Positions 27,562-39,136 are shown, counted from the first letter of the stretch. The stretch: DNA of 64,000 nt from Bacteroidota bacterium (GCA_029262835.1 JAJCYQ010000012.1:3503-67502); one strand, 5' to 3'. Translations and numbers: made by a program. The notes: generated from the sequence alone by a model not told the origin.

Positions 27562-29509
27562 AACGCGAGCCCTCACCCTGGCGGCTTTCCACCTCGATTC
27601 GGCCGCCCATGAGGTCGAGCAGGCGTTTTGACAGGGCCAGTCCCAGCCCCGTGCCCTCGAAGCGCCGATTCATGTACGGATCTTCCTGCGTATATGCCTG
27701 GAACACCTGATCCAGATAGGATGGGGATATTCCGATTCCTGTATCCTCAATGCTGACAGCCACCCAGGTCCCGCGCACCTCCGCCTTCATGTGGATACGG
27801 CCTTTCTCGGTGAATTTCGACGCATTCGATGCCAGATTCTCCAGTACCTGCTCAATCCGCCGCGCATCGCCCAGCACGTCGTACCGGGAGGCGTCGAGTT
27901 CCAGCACGAGCCGGATGTCCCGGTCCTCGAGGATCGGCTCGAGCCGGTCGGCAACGCGCTGCAGAATGGGCGCCACGTTGACACGGTTCTGCTGCAGGCG
28001 CACCTGACCCATCTCGAGCTGCGAAAGATCGAACAGGTCCTGCACCAGGACCAGCACCTTCTGGGACCGTTCTCCGATCCCGTCTATGAATTCGTGGATC
28101 TGTTCGGGGAGCGGCTGGCCGGTCGTCTCCTCGAACTCCTCGCATTCCCGCGCGAGGAGCTGCGCGTATCCGTTCAGCGCACCCAGGGGGGTCCGTATCT
28201 CATGACTCATGGTCGCCACGAATGACGTGCGCGCACTGGCGACCACTTCGGCTTCCTGCCTGGCGTGCTGCATCATGAGTTCCGCCTCTCGCCGTTCGGT
28301 CACATCCGACAGAATACCATACATCACGGTCTCTGAATCGCCCCCAATTCGGGGAGATGCGAACTCCTGCAGCCAGCGGAACCCGTCGTCCGGTAGAACG
28401 ACCCGGTACGTGACCCGCGACTCGTTCCCGGCGGCCAGATTCGCGTGATGCGCTCTGACGAGTGCGGCGTCGTCGGCGTGCACCACGCGCTGCATCCACC
28501 CGAATTGACCCAGGAGGAGCATGTCCCGGCTGCGTCCCGTGAGGTTTTCCATCTGGCGGGTGACAAACGCGTACTGGCGCTCGCCATCTTCACCGAGTTG
28601 GTAGCCGAAGAGCGCGTCGTCAATCACGTCGGCGGCATGCGCGTGCACGTTTCCTGCCCGGATCCAGGCGTGCAGGTCCTGGTAGAGTCCGGCCCATTGT
28701 TCGATCCGCACGATCTGTTCGGGATCGCTGGCCGGACCCGGCGACGACCAGATGAACAGGAGCTGGGCACGCACGCCGTATCGATCCTGCAGGGCAATCA
28801 GACGCAGGCGCGCCTCAGCGTGCGCTGGCAGCGCCTCCAACTGCCCGGTCGTGGCCCTGTGGGGAAGGTCTGGTGCCGCCGCTGTGCTCTCCGTCTCCGC
28901 TGTGCTCTCCGTCGCAGTCAGCGCGGCGCGCACGAAAAACATGCTGCCGGGATGGGTGCGCTCATAAATGGCCACCATCTCGGCTTTGGCGTGGCGGGCA
29001 AAGAGCTCGGCGGCTCCGTCGCGGAAAATATGCGCGTCGAAGCAGGACGTGGCCAGCTCCCGGAGTTCTGCGGCCGCTTCCGGAACAGGGATGGTGGCGA
29101 TTTCAATGTTGGCAGTTTCCGGGTTCGCGGCGTCGACGCTGGGCGTCACCTCGGGCGCCGGCGCGCCAACGTGCGCATCGCCCTCGCCGAAAAGGAACCA
29201 TCCTTCTCCCCCGGCCTTGGGCATCACCGTGACGTGCAGTCCATCCTGGACAATGGGCAGCGTGATGGTTTCGTCGTCGCGGCTAGTTTCACCGGTCAGT
29301 GTTGAGAGCGTCCACAGGATATCCTCGGGCGGACGCGCACCGATTTGCCAGCGCCAATTCTGCCTGGCCCGGTCGTTCAGGTCCATGACGCAGCCCGCTG
29401 CATCAAGCTCTACGAACGCCGGCTCCGCGGCATCGGAGCGCATGATGTGGGGCAGAAGAGAATCCGTTGGCATGAATCTGTATGTAGACTGTGCAGCCAC
29501 CGATGCCAA
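27500..29509 (-). CDS. PAS-domain sensor histidine kinase
   Basis: H-box SHEIRTPL. N, G1 and G2 blocks (NLASNASKFT, DTGIGI, GTGLGLA). PAS-like segments lie upstream. Confidence 0.85.
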   Translation of the reverse strand: MASVAAQSTYRFMPTDSLLPHIMRSDAAEPAFVELDAAGCVMDLNDRARQNWRWQIGARPPEDILWTLSTLTGETSRDDETITLPIVQDGLHVTVMPKAGGEGWFLFGEGDAHVGAPAPEVTPSVDAANPETANIEIATIPVPEAAAELRELATSCFDAHIFRDGAAELFARHAKAEMVAIYERTHPGSMFFVRAALTATESTAETESTAAAPDLPHRATTGQLEALPAHAEARLRLIALQDRYGVRAQLLFIWSSPGPASDPEQIVRIEQWAGLYQDLHAWIRAGNVHAHAADVIDDALFGYQLGEDGERQYAFVTRQMENLTGRSRDMLLLGQFGWMQRVVHADDAALVRAHHANLAAGNESRVTYRVVLPDDGFRWLQEFASPRIGGDSETVMYGILSDVTERREAELMMQHARQEAEVVASARTSFVATMSHEIRTPLGALNGYAQLLARECEEFEETTGQPLPEQIHEFIDGIGERSQKVLVLVQDLFDLSQLEMGQVRLQQNRVNVAPILQRVADRLEPILEDRDIRLVLELDASRYDVLGDARRIEQVLENLASNASKFTEKGRIHMKAEVRGTWVAVSIEDTGIGISPSYLDQVFQAYTQEDPYMNRRFEGTGLGLALSKRLLDLMGGRIEVESRQGEGSRFTVFLPCPDADSPSRIARSA

Positions 29510-29530
29510 TACAGTGCCAAAATCCTGCGT

Positions 29531-30808
29531 TCAGACAAGACCTTCTGATTTTTCTGCGGGAACCACCCAATGCAGCCACCAGACACCGCTGAGAATCTGC
29601 AAGAAGGCGAACCCCAACACGACATGGCTCAAACTGAGCCCGCTGAATTCCAGAACGAGACTCGCAACAAGTATGGACGCGGCGTCGACCAGGAAAAAGA
29701 GCAGCCACTCGGTGGCGAAAATCCGTCCCCGGAACCGGTCTTCCGAGCGTTCCTGGAGTAGTACGGTGGACAATACCCAGTTGGCGCCGCTCGTCGTATG
29801 CGCCAGCACAACGGGCAGAATGACCCAGAAGGTGAATGTGAGGCTACCCGCGACGCCATAGGCTACGCCGCTGAAGACCATGCAGAACCCCATGAGCGAC
29901 GGCCAGACGCGCATGTCCCGGAACCAGGCGCGCGCCAAAACCGGGCCCAGACCCGTCCCGAATCCCCGAGCCGCGAACAGCAATCCGATGGCCATGGCCT
30001 GCCGTCCTGGGCTGATTTCCTCGCCCATGAGCGTGAGCATATAGACCAGACCACCGCCGGCGAGGCCCCACGTCGCTTTGGCGAGCGCCATCCGCCCCAC
30101 CTGGGGCCGCTCCCGCATGCGCTGCCAGCCCGCGAGCACGTCGGACGTGGCACGCTGCAGGAGGCGGATTCCAGGAAAACTGCCGGAGGCCCTGCCGATA
30201 TCCATGGAAGCCGTGTGCTGCGGAATCCGGGTGCGGTATATGAACCAGGCCGAGACCACGTAGGTCAGGCTGTCGATGATGAAAACCATCTTCAGGCCCA
30301 GCACGTCGGCGGCAATTCCCCCGACGGCGGCGCCTATCGTCAACAGGATGGACCAGGTCGCCGACAGAATGGTGTTGGCCGTGACGAGTTCGTGACGGGA
30401 CACCAGATTCGGAATGGATGACGACTGCGCCGGCTGGAAGACGGACGCGACCACAACCTGTGCGGCCGTTATCAGATAGACCCAGTACACTTCACCGGGT
30501 TCGTCAATCAGCAGGAAACCGAGCACGATGACCGCGCGGAGCAGGTCGGACGCTATCATCACCTTGCGCCGATCCAGCCGGTCCACGATCAGGCCGGCGA
30601 TGGGCGACGCCAGCGCCATGGGGAGCATTTTCGTGATGAAGACCGCTCCCAGTGCAAACTCGGACCCGGAAAGGGACAAAACGAGGCTGTAGAGGGCAAT
30701 CGTGTTGAACCAGTCCCCAAAAAGGGACACCACGTTTCCGAGCCACAGGCGGCGAAAGTTCACGTTGCTCCGGACGAGCGCCGCGTATCCGGTCTCGCTA
30801 CGGACCAT
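29531..30808 (-). CDS. MFS transporter
   Basis: About 12 TM segments. N-terminal [16 protein letters not shown] and the G..VDR.DRRK loop motif. Confidence 0.8.
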   Translation of the reverse strand: MVRSETGYAALVRSNVNFRRLWLGNVVSLFGDWFNTIALYSLVLSLSGSEFALGAVFITKMLPMALASPIAGLIVDRLDRRKVMIASDLLRAVIVLGFLLIDEPGEVYWVYLITAAQVVVASVFQPAQSSSIPNLVSRHELVTANTILSATWSILLTIGAAVGGIAADVLGLKMVFIIDSLTYVVSAWFIYRTRIPQHTASMDIGRASGSFPGIRLLQRATSDVLAGWQRMRERPQVGRMALAKATWGLAGGGLVYMLTLMGEEISPGRQAMAIGLLFAARGFGTGLGPVLARAWFRDMRVWPSLMGFCMVFSGVAYGVAGSLTFTFWVILPVVLAHTTSGANWVLSTVLLQERSEDRFRGRIFATEWLLFFLVDAASILVASLVLEFSGLSLSHVVLGFAFLQILSGVWWLHWVVPAEKSEGLV

Positions 30809-32351
30809 CCGGGGCCTGTTCCTGCTCGGATGCTGCTTCCGGCTTCAGAAGCGGGAAGAGAATGACGTCCCGGATGGAATCCTGGCCGGTCAACAGCATG
30901 GTCAACCGGTCAATCCCAACCCCCAGTCCCGCCGCTGGCGGCATGCCGTACTCGAGTGCGCGCAGATAGTCTTCATCGAGTTGCATAGCCTCGGAATCTC
31001 CACGCCGCCCAAGCGCCACCTGGTCTTCGAACCGGCTGCGTTGGTCAATGGGGTCATTCAGCTCGGAAAACGCGTTGCACAGCTCCTTGCCGTTGACAAT
31101 GGCCTCGAAGCGCTCCACAAGCCCCTCCTTGGTCCGATGCCGTTTGGCCAGCGGACTCAGCTCAACCGGGTAGTCCGTAATAAAGACGGGATCAATGAGA
31201 TGCGGCTCCACGAACTCGCCGAACACTTCGTCAATGATTTTTCCACTGCCCATCGCGCCGTCCACCTCCAACCCAAGCTCGGTGGCGACAGAAGCCAGTG
31301 CATCCCGCTCCAGCCCGCGAAGATCCCGACCTGTTTTCTCAGCAATGGCGTCAAAGAGAGGCAAGCGCCGCCAGGGCCGCGCCAGCGAAATGGTGCGCTC
31401 GCCCGAAGTTACCTCCGGCTTGCCATGCAGCGCGATCGCCAGCGTCTCCACCATCTCCTCAACGAGCGACATCATCCACCCATAGTCGCGGTAGGCCACG
31501 TAGAGTTCCATCATGGTGAACTCCGGATTGTGGTACCGGGACAGCCCCTCGTTGCGAAAGTCCTTGGAGATCTCGTAGACCCCGTCGAATCCACCGACAA
31601 TCAGGCGCTTCAGATACAACTCGTCCGCGATACGGAGGAAGAGGGGCATGCCAAGAGCATTGTGGTGGGTCTTGAACGGACGCGCCGCCGCCCCCCCGTA
31701 CACCGGCTGCAATACGGGCGTTTCTACTTCGATATAGCCTCGTTCATCCAGAAAACGACGCATGCCGGATATAATCGTTGCGCGCTGCTTGAACACGCTC
31801 CGCACGTCGGGGTGCACGATCAGATCCACGTAGCGCTGGCGGTACCTGAATTCCTTATCGGTGATCTCGTTGAACACCTTGCCATCGGTCTCCTTCTCGA
31901 CAGGCAGCGGCCGGAGCGCCTTGGCGAGCAGTTCGACACGTTCGGCGTGCACCGACACCTCGCCCATGCGGGTCCGAAAGGCAAAACCTGTTACTCCGAT
32001 GATATCGCCAATATCGAGCAGCTTCTTGAATACCGTGTTGTAGAAACCCTCCGGCAAATCATCGCGCCGCACGTAGACCTGGATCTGACCCGATTCGTCC
32101 TGAAGGTGCAGAAACGAGGCCTTGCCCATGATACGACGGGACATGATGCGCCCCGCCAGGGAGACCTCAAACCGTTCCACCGGCTCGGCGGCGTCTTCTG
32201 CCCCGTGCTTCGCATCGTCATAGGAAGCGAGCACCTCCTCGGCATGATGGGTCACATCCCACCCGTATCCATACGGACGGACGCCCTCCTCGTGCAGCCT
32301 GTCAAGCGCCGCGCGGCGTACTTCTTCCTGTTCGGTAAATTCGCGTGCCAT
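30798..32351 (-). CDS. lysS: Lysine--tRNA ligase (class II)
   Basis: OB-fold [24 protein letters not shown]. Class II motifs ([25 protein letters not shown]). Confidence 0.95.
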   Translation of the reverse strand: MAREFTEQEEVRRAALDRLHEEGVRPYGYGWDVTHHAEEVLASYDDAKHGAEDAAEPVERFEVSLAGRIMSRRIMGKASFLHLQDESGQIQVYVRRDDLPEGFYNTVFKKLLDIGDIIGVTGFAFRTRMGEVSVHAERVELLAKALRPLPVEKETDGKVFNEITDKEFRYRQRYVDLIVHPDVRSVFKQRATIISGMRRFLDERGYIEVETPVLQPVYGGAAARPFKTHHNALGMPLFLRIADELYLKRLIVGGFDGVYEISKDFRNEGLSRYHNPEFTMMELYVAYRDYGWMMSLVEEMVETLAIALHGKPEVTSGERTISLARPWRRLPLFDAIAEKTGRDLRGLERDALASVATELGLEVDGAMGSGKIIDEVFGEFVEPHLIDPVFITDYPVELSPLAKRHRTKEGLVERFEAIVNGKELCNAFSELNDPIDQRSRFEDQVALGRRGDSEAMQLDEDYLRALEYGMPPAAGLGVGIDRLTMLLTGQDSIRDVILFPLLKPEAASEQEQAPDGP

Positions 32352-32358
32352 AAGGCTG

Positions 32359-33162
32359 TCAATCAGCGGCGGTGTAGTCCGGGCGAGGCCTGATGGTCAT
32401 TTCAATACGCTCAACCGGCTGGTCCTGGAGCGCCGGATGCACTTGTTCACCACTACTCCGGCCTGTGGGCGACGTGGCGATGGCATCGAGCACATCCAAG
32501 CCTTCCACCACCTGGCCGAATACGGTGTACTGCGTATCGAGGAAGGGCGTCCCGCCCTCGCTCGCATACGCCTCCCTGGCTTCGTCAGAGATGGAGAAAT
32601 CGGGATTCTGCGCCTTCACCTGCGCCTCGAGCTGGTCCAGCATGGCCGGCGGCACCGGCTCACCATGGACAATGTAGAACTGGGAACCGCTCGAGCGCCG
32701 TTCCGGATTTACCTGGTCACCCTGACGGGCTGCGGCCAGGGCACCTTTGCGATGGAACAGGCCCTCGCGGAATTCCGCCTCGATCGTGTAACCCGGCCCT
32801 CCCTGTCCGTCGTTCATGGGGTCATCATCCCTGGAGTTGGGGTCGCCACCCTGCGCCATGAATCCCGCAATCACGCGGTGAAAGCTTGTCCCATCGTAAA
32901 ATCCATCTTCTACGAGTTTCCTGAAGTTGTCACGGTGCTGGGGTGTCTGGTCGTACAGGCCGACCACCATCGTGCCCAGGCGTGTTTCAATTTCATAGAA
33001 GTCGGTCATCGTGTATTCCTCAGGTGCATTTTCAGGGTTGGATTCGGCAGGCGCGTCACTTCCAGGTGCATTTTCCGCGGGGCTGCTGTCGTTGTTCGAC
33101 GCACAGGCAGAACACGAGATGAGCAGCATGCCGGCCAGTAGTATTTTGGAGATGGATTGCAT
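32359..33162 (-). CDS. Peptidyl-prolyl cis-trans isomerase (cyclophilin type), lipoprotein
   Basis: FHRVI.GFM.QGGDP, SQFYIV and YTVFG.VVEG.DV motifs, with lipobox LLISCSAC. Start set at ATG 33162. Confidence 0.9.
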   Translation of the reverse strand: MQSISKILLAGMLLISCSACASNNDSSPAENAPGSDAPAESNPENAPEEYTMTDFYEIETRLGTMVVGLYDQTPQHRDNFRKLVEDGFYDGTSFHRVIAGFMAQGGDPNSRDDDPMNDGQGGPGYTIEAEFREGLFHRKGALAAARQGDQVNPERRSSGSQFYIVHGEPVPPAMLDQLEAQVKAQNPDFSISDEAREAYASEGGTPFLDTQYTVFGQVVEGLDVLDAIATSPTGRSSGEQVHPALQDQPVERIEMTIRPRPDYTAAD

Positions 33163-33264
33163 GGCAGGTTGATGGATTCTGGGGTTGGCAGACGGTAGAC
33201 GGCCGAATGGGGTCAAGGATCGGGCTTATCGAGCGGAATTCCCACAGCCAGACCACGTTTTCAC

Positions 33265-33750
33265 CTATTTATCGGAGAAGCCGTCCTGGTTGGAGAAGTC
33301 GTCCAGCCACAACTGCGATTCGGCCATCAGGATATTGTAGTGGTCACGCAGGAGACTTACGACGCGAGCGGCCATGTTGCGAAGGTTGGCTCGTTTTTCC
33401 TGTTTGGCTACGACAGCCGACAACTGCTCGGCCGATTCCTCGACCACATGCGTCGCCTCGGAAAGGGAGTACCACCAGGAGTTTTCAACGGCCGGTCGGA
33501 CGGGCATGTGCGGACCTCCAGGAATGAACGGGGCCAAAACATCAATCAACTCGCGCACTTCCCGGCACATCCCATCCAGCTTCTCTTTGTGCGCCAGTGA
33601 AATGGCTGTGGCCCAGACGGTGGTTTCCGTCGCCAGCACCCGTGAGAGAACCTGCACGAGAACAGCGCAGACAGCATGGAAGGAGGCATCCTGGTTCTCC
33701 ACCTGCGCGATGATCTTCTGCAGTTTCTGAGCCGATTCTGTGCGATTCAT
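33265..33750 (-). CDS. Hypothetical all-helical protein
   Basis: 161-aa ORF, co-directional and 6 nt from the upstream gene. No family recognised. Confidence 0.4.
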   Translation of the reverse strand: MNRTESAQKLQKIIAQVENQDASFHAVCAVLVQVLSRVLATETTVWATAISLAHKEKLDGMCREVRELIDVLAPFIPGGPHMPVRPAVENSWWYSLSEATHVVEESAEQLSAVVAKQEKRANLRNMAARVVSLLRDHYNILMAESQLWLDDFSNQDGFSDK

Positions 33751-33756
33751 GCTGAT

Positions 33757-34650
33757 TCAGCGGTCCTTCAGGGCCGTGTGTATCTGATCCAAAAGTACGA
33801 CAGCACGCTCGCCTGTCAAGTGTCCGCCCGCTCTGGCCGTGTGTACGGCCTCGACGGCCATCGCACAATAAACGGGGATCAGATCTGGGGCGGATGCCCT
33901 CAATGCCTTGACATGAAGTGCTATCGTGTCGGCATCTCCACGTGCGAACGGGCCCGTCAAGGCCTGTTCAGGACCATCCCGCAGGGCATTTGCAACCGAC
34001 TGCAGCACAAGGGGCTTTATGGCCCTCGCGAACGGCACGCGTCCACCTACGGCACCATCCCAGATGGACTGTGCCGTATGAAGCAGCGCCGTGTTGAAGT
34101 TGCTGGCCATGACGGCCGCTGCATGATAGAGGGCCTTGTGCTCACCAGCTATTTCGAGCGGCTCAGCGGCCAGCGCCGTGGACAGGCGTATCATATGTGC
34201 GATCGCCGCTGGACTTCCTTCGATCCCGATAGTGATCCCTCTGAACAGATCGTCGCTGTCATCGTGACCCGCGGCAACCGGAAACGTCTGCATGGGGTGG
34301 AAGGAACCTGTCTGTGCTCCCTTCTCGGCAAGCGGTCGCAACACGTCGGACCCGAGTGCGCCAGCCGTATGCAGGACCGTTGTGCCCACCCAGTTTCCGC
34401 CGAGACCTGCCAACGCGCCGGCGACGCCCGCAATGGCCCCGTCCGGTACGCAGATCAGAAGCAGCTCGGAAACGCAGAGCCGGACATCCATGACGCCGAG
34501 TGGCGTGCCCATGGACAACTCCGCACACAGGCGTCGGGCCGACTCCATGGACCCGGACAGTATGGCATCGACCTCATACCCCTGCCGGACCAGAGCCTTC
34601 GCAAGATGCGAACCCAGGCTACCGGCTCCAATCAGTGAGAATCGGTCCAT
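33757..34650 (-). CDS. Rossmann-like / DUF2520 domain protein (predicted NAD(P) oxidoreductase)
   Basis: N-terminal LIGAGSLGSHLAKAL and C-terminal ALTGPFARGDADT...H..AL, characteristic of DUF2520 proteins. Confidence 0.75.
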   Translation of the reverse strand: MDRFSLIGAGSLGSHLAKALVRQGYEVDAILSGSMESARRLCAELSMGTPLGVMDVRLCVSELLLICVPDGAIAGVAGALAGLGGNWVGTTVLHTAGALGSDVLRPLAEKGAQTGSFHPMQTFPVAAGHDDSDDLFRGITIGIEGSPAAIAHMIRLSTALAAEPLEIAGEHKALYHAAAVMASNFNTALLHTAQSIWDGAVGGRVPFARAIKPLVLQSVANALRDGPEQALTGPFARGDADTIALHVKALRASAPDLIPVYCAMAVEAVHTARAGGHLTGERAVVLLDQIHTALKDR

Positions 34651-34657
34651 GACTCGA

Positions 34658-35443
34658 TCAGCGCCTGCCGATCAGTACACCCGCGTACCCGGGTTCTGAG
34701 TCGTTGGGCCCGGACAGGGCGTCTATGCGCACCGCATTGGCGCGGCGATGCCGAGCTGCCATCACCGCCGTAAGGACGGCCCCCTTGCCGCGTACCAGAA
34801 CATCGCTTTCCTGATTCATGAGAACCGTCAGGTCATCCACGTCCAGGTTTTCCAGTCCGCGTCGGAGGCGTTCCATGCCCGCCTCGTTTGCACGCTGGAT
34901 GTCAGCGCACGCGACGACGAGCGTGGGCCGGTTGAACATGATTTCTCCGACCGCATTACCGAGTTCCTTGCAGAAATCGAGCGATTCCGAGCCCATGACA
35001 AGCGGCACCACGGCAAAATCTTTCAGCACGGCCTGAAGGAACGGCAACTGGACATCCATGCCTGTATGATGAAAATGACCGGTGTCGTCAATGAAGATGT
35101 CGTCGTCCTCATCACAGAGTTCCTCTCGGACACGTTCGTCTATTTCGACACTGCCCAGCGGGCTCGTGTAGTCGTCCAGGCTGCAGATGGCTATGCGCCG
35201 AAAGTCCTTGATGTGTTCCGGACTCGGTGATATCACGATCACGGTCTGGAATCCACCGTCCTTCACTGCTGCATAGACCTGCGCGGCGGCCGCACCGCCC
35301 GAGAGGCGATTGGAATCCGGTACAATAATGGTGCTTACCCGGAAGTCAGGTGGGTTTGCGGCTGTTTCGGAGAGGAGGGACTGAACCTGGGCGTGAAGGG
35401 GGGCTTCCTGCGTCGCGTAATTGGACGCTACATGTGGCTGCAT
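34658..35443 (-). CDS. MEMO1 / AmmeMemoRadiSam-protein-B-like protein with substituted metal-ligand positions
   Basis: The family pattern is recognisable (...VIVISPSP.H......I.......TPLG.V.ID......L...........H...H.....QLPFLQ.....F.VVPL.MG), but the usual HAGY and EHS histidines read PDSN and HHT. Confidence 0.55.
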   Translation of the reverse strand: MQPHVASNYATQEAPLHAQVQSLLSETAANPPDFRVSTIIVPDSNRLSGGAAAAQVYAAVKDGGFQTVIVISPSPEHIKDFRRIAICSLDDYTSPLGSVEIDERVREELCDEDDDIFIDDTGHFHHTGMDVQLPFLQAVLKDFAVVPLVMGSESLDFCKELGNAVGEIMFNRPTLVVACADIQRANEAGMERLRRGLENLDVDDLTVLMNQESDVLVRGKGAVLTAVMAARHRRANAVRIDALSGPNDSEPGYAGVLIGRR

Positions 35444-35604
35444 GCGCTTGAATGGCGTGTTGCGTGCAAATTAGGGCACAGTCCGGCAAGCTTCAACCAC
35501 AGGGTAAAAATCCGTCCCTACTGCAACCCGCAGGGCAGCAACAAAGTACGTGCCGGCGAGACCCGAAATAACAATCAGATTTATGTATAGAACGGATACA
35601 AACA

Positions 35605-36777
35605 ATGAGAAATGCTCGATTTGCACTGATTACTGCGCTCATGATACTGACGGGCACCGAGTCCATGGCGCAACGCTATATGCTGGTCAGTTCCCGGGGA
35701 AATCATACCATTAAGCGGTATAACCTCGACACAGGAGCCTACGTGGATGACCTGATTCCTGCCACATCAGGACTCAACAATCCACAGGAAGTCCTGCTTG
35801 GCCCTGATGGAAATCTATATGTATCATTCCGATTCGGGTCCAATAGCGGTACCGTCAAAAAGTATGATCTGGATGGCTCTTTCCTTGGAGACTTCACGTC
35901 CGGGTATACGCTCGCCGAGGCAACGAAAATGTCGTGGACTCCAAGCGGCGACCTGACGGTCAGTCAGTGGTCTTCCACGCAGAATGAAGCCGTCACATTT
36001 GACGGACAGACCGGACAATTTCAAGGACTGGCTGCTCGAGAGGGCGGAATAGTCAACCCCATGGATCATGAATGGCTTCCCGACGGCCGGCTGATAGTGG
36101 CGAACTGGAGTCAAACCGGGCAGAGTGGGTTCATTGGCACCTATGATAGTGAGGGGCTGGCTGGTCCAAGGCTCACGTCCATTCCCCAGGGCCCGGTCAA
36201 CATGTGGTGGGACGACAATGGAGATCTACTGGTCGCCGACTGGACATTGGGTGCAGTGCAGCGATACACCAGCGAAGGCCAATTCCGATCCACATTCATC
36301 AGCGGCCTGAATCGCCTGGAAGGGTATGCCGTTTACGGTGACTACCTGTACCTCGGAGAGTGGCAGGGAAATACCGTCAAGAAATATCGCAAGGATACCG
36401 GTGAATTCGTCGAGACCTTCATTACGGCAGGCCGAGGAGGTCTACTCAATCCGAATTCCATCCTGATTCTGGATATGTCCGTGACCGACACAGAAGACGA
36501 TACCCAATTGCCTGGAAGCACAGAGCTATCGTCAGGATATCCGAATCCATTCTCCGAGGAAGTAACCTTGCAATTCACGGTTGCCCAACCCGGTCCGCTC
36601 ACCATAGTGCTATTCGACATCCTTGGCCGAGAAGTAATGCGCACCGCCCTTGGGCATACAGCCGCCGGAAATCATTCCGCCCGCCTCGCTACCGGAGACC
36701 TCGCACCCGGAGCGTACGTGGCGCGCCTGGTATCGGCCAACGGAACAGCGCACACCCTGATTACCAAGCAGCGATAA
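35605..36777 (+). CDS. Secreted NHL-like beta-propeller protein with T9SS C-terminal sorting domain
   Basis: Signal peptide, repeated ...G..L..P.......DG.L.V.. blades, and a C-terminus YPNPFSEEVTLQFTV..PGPLTIVLFDILGREV......H.AG.HS..L..GDLAPGAYVARL. Confidence 0.7.
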   Translation: MRNARFALITALMILTGTESMAQRYMLVSSRGNHTIKRYNLDTGAYVDDLIPATSGLNNPQEVLLGPDGNLYVSFRFGSNSGTVKKYDLDGSFLGDFTSGYTLAEATKMSWTPSGDLTVSQWSSTQNEAVTFDGQTGQFQGLAAREGGIVNPMDHEWLPDGRLIVANWSQTGQSGFIGTYDSEGLAGPRLTSIPQGPVNMWWDDNGDLLVADWTLGAVQRYTSEGQFRSTFISGLNRLEGYAVYGDYLYLGEWQGNTVKKYRKDTGEFVETFITAGRGGLLNPNSILILDMSVTDTEDDTQLPGSTELSSGYPNPFSEEVTLQFTVAQPGPLTIVLFDILGREVMRTALGHTAAGNHSARLATGDLAPGAYVARLVSANGTAHTLITKQR

Positions 36778-36781
36778 CCGG

Positions 36782-39136
36782 CTACAAATCCTGCTGGCGG
36801 GCGCGCAGTACGAACAGCCCTTCACGCCGGCTCGTGACCAGAATGTTGCCGGATTCGAAATACGGATACGAACTCCACGTGCCGTCGAATCCGGCGACAT
36901 TCCTGTTACTGGGAGTCGTATCGAAGTATCCGATTTCAACCGGCGACGTCCTGTCGCGAATATCAATGACCCGGAGACCACTCGCATTGTTGGTCTGGTA
37001 CATGAAGTCGCCCTTTACATACAGGTTGTGGTCGGTCGAATTGGTGGCCCCGTAATACTCGGCTACCATGATCGGCTCGTCCAGGTCGGTCATGTCCCAC
37101 ACCATGGTCCGGGTTTTTTCGACAGCTCCGGACAGCTCATCGGCCTCGTCGTTCTGGTAAAAGAAGCGTTGATCGTCCGTAAACCAGCCCTGATGAACGT
37201 ACGCCGAGTTCGGATAGCGTCCCTGCGATATCGCGATCGGGGTCTCCTTGTCCGACACGTCCGATACGGAAATAGCCGTGCCGTTCGACGAAATGCAGAT
37301 CTCCTTGCCGTGGTGCTCCGTGTCAGGACCCTGATAATTGACGCACTGGGCATCGTGCGTGGCGCCGCTGCCGTTCCGGCCCGTTTCAGGGTCGTTGAAA
37401 CAGCCCACGAACGTCGGATTCTTCGGATCCTGGATATTTATCATATGCAGTCCGCCGCCACACGTCTCGCCCCCACTGCTGTTTCCTACCGTGTAGGCGT
37501 AACCGGTCTCCTCATTGATCACAATGTTGTGTGAGCTGGCAATGCCGGTATAGTGGACATCCGGCTCGTAATACTGGTATTCGCCCGGCCAGTCGCGCAG
37601 CCTCGACAGATCGAACACCTGCATACCGTGCTGCTCGGCACCATCGGCGACAATGAATACATGGTCCTTGTAGACCTTCATGTCGCGCCAGGTCGAACCG
37701 GGCGACCCTTCCGTGCGCGGCACCTCGCCCAGCACAACGGGCTGCTGCGGATCGGTCAAATCCACGAAAACAGCCGCTTCCATGTGACCAATAATACCGA
37801 ACTCGCGTCCCGTCTCAGGGTCGGTCCAACCCCAGACGTCATTCAATCGAACGCCACGATTCATGCGCATGTCCTCGAGCGGAATGAACGAGACCAGATC
37901 CACATTCTGGCAGGCATGCCCCATGGCCTCACCGTCCTCACACTCGATCATTTCACCGGCAATCGGCTCCATGGAAGGCACTGGGCGTGCCTGTGAGTCA
38001 ATGCGCTGCCAGGAGGACCCGTCGCGTGCGAACAACATGGTCGATCCCAGGCCATAGTCATCCCCGGGAATCCCCACGACAAGATGACTGGTGGATGCGG
38101 CAAGTGCCGATCCGAACTGACTTCTTGGACCCGTGCCGGGATTTTCAATCACACCCACGGACTCTAGATTCCGGGCGTCGTAGCGGTACAACCGTCCAAC
38201 ACCCTCGTCGAGCGGGGCCGATACGATGATTTCACTGCCCGAAACAGCGACCGATGCCCCAAAAAATCGCGGACCGTCAGAGGCACCATCCGGTGAGAGC
38301 GTACCAGCCAGTTTGAGCTCAGCGCCGTCCAGCGTGAATGCATGCACCTGGCCGGCGCCACGCGCTGCCCGTGGATTGGGCGCGAATACATGCTCGCCCG
38401 ATGCCAGGAGCGTAACGCCGAGACGATCTCCCTCTGGCGCATCGTCACGGACGAGGTGCCCCACGTGGGCAAAGTCCTGCGCGACGCCGTAGAGGTCTAT
38501 CCGGCCTCGGTTCTGATGATGTCCGGGAGATCCGACCAACAGATGACCATCCTTGACCACAAGCCCTGATCCGAACAGATTGCCTTCCTGCGGCTCCATG
38601 GCCGTAAGCGTGGCCGCCTGTGTAAATGGCGCTTGCAGACGGTAGGCATAGACGGTTCCCGTCCGCGCCGATGCGCCTGGGGCTCCAACGAACAGGAATC
38701 CATTCGATGCCGTCATTGCAGAGCCGAACTCGGCCACGCGGTCGGCACCCGGCCCGGCAATGCGGCCCACTTCTGTCCACGCGCCCATTTGCTCACGGAA
38801 CAGGTAGACCGCGCCTGCTCCATCCGCCGCCGTTGGCGCGGAAACGGCCAGGTAGTCTCCGGACAGCACGATCTGTGTACCGAACCCGTCACCGACGGCG
38901 GCATCAGAGGCGCTTATGGTTTGAGAAATACTCCACTCGCCGCGCGCATCCGGCGCGACAACATGTACCATGCCGGTATTGGAGAACCCAGCAGGTTCAC
39001 CGACGAAAACACGGCTTTCGGTCATTAGCAGTGTCTGGCCGAACCGGTCCATGCGAAGCATTTCAGCTGGAATTCCGTCCGTAGACGCAGCGGTCAGCGA
39101 ACCGGCAAAAAGGGTCAGGGCAAGCAGCAGGGTCAT
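36782..39136 (-). CDS. FG-GAP-repeat + choice-of-anchor-B (LVIVD-type) family secreted protein, paralogue 1
   Basis: The N-terminal half has FG-GAP-like repeats (FG....L.GD.L.V.AP....GAVY.F). The C-terminal half carries VWGWTDPETGRE, HN..INEETGYAY, GGLH and ...WS.YPYFESG...V.S...GLFVL. Confidence 0.7.
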   Translation of the reverse strand: MTLLLALTLFAGSLTAASTDGIPAEMLRMDRFGQTLLMTESRVFVGEPAGFSNTGMVHVVAPDARGEWSISQTISASDAAVGDGFGTQIVLSGDYLAVSAPTAADGAGAVYLFREQMGAWTEVGRIAGPGADRVAEFGSAMTASNGFLFVGAPGASARTGTVYAYRLQAPFTQAATLTAMEPQEGNLFGSGLVVKDGHLLVGSPGHHQNRGRIDLYGVAQDFAHVGHLVRDDAPEGDRLGVTLLASGEHVFAPNPRAARGAGQVHAFTLDGAELKLAGTLSPDGASDGPRFFGASVAVSGSEIIVSAPLDEGVGRLYRYDARNLESVGVIENPGTGPRSQFGSALAASTSHLVVGIPGDDYGLGSTMLFARDGSSWQRIDSQARPVPSMEPIAGEMIECEDGEAMGHACQNVDLVSFIPLEDMRMNRGVRLNDVWGWTDPETGREFGIIGHMEAAVFVDLTDPQQPVVLGEVPRTEGSPGSTWRDMKVYKDHVFIVADGAEQHGMQVFDLSRLRDWPGEYQYYEPDVHYTGIASSHNIVINEETGYAYTVGNSSGGETCGGGLHMINIQDPKNPTFVGCFNDPETGRNGSGATHDAQCVNYQGPDTEHHGKEICISSNGTAISVSDVSDKETPIAISQGRYPNSAYVHQGWFTDDQRFFYQNDEADELSGAVEKTRTMVWDMTDLDEPIMVAEYYGATNSTDHNLYVKGDFMYQTNNASGLRVIDIRDRTSPVEIGYFDTTPSNRNVAGFDGTWSSYPYFESGNILVTSRREGLFVLRARQQDL

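Noticed and set aside
28879-28914. 18-bp tandem duplication inside the histidine kinase.
   Set aside because: It is in-frame and encodes (TESTAE)x2 in a linker between sensor segments, so it is ordinary coding slippage.
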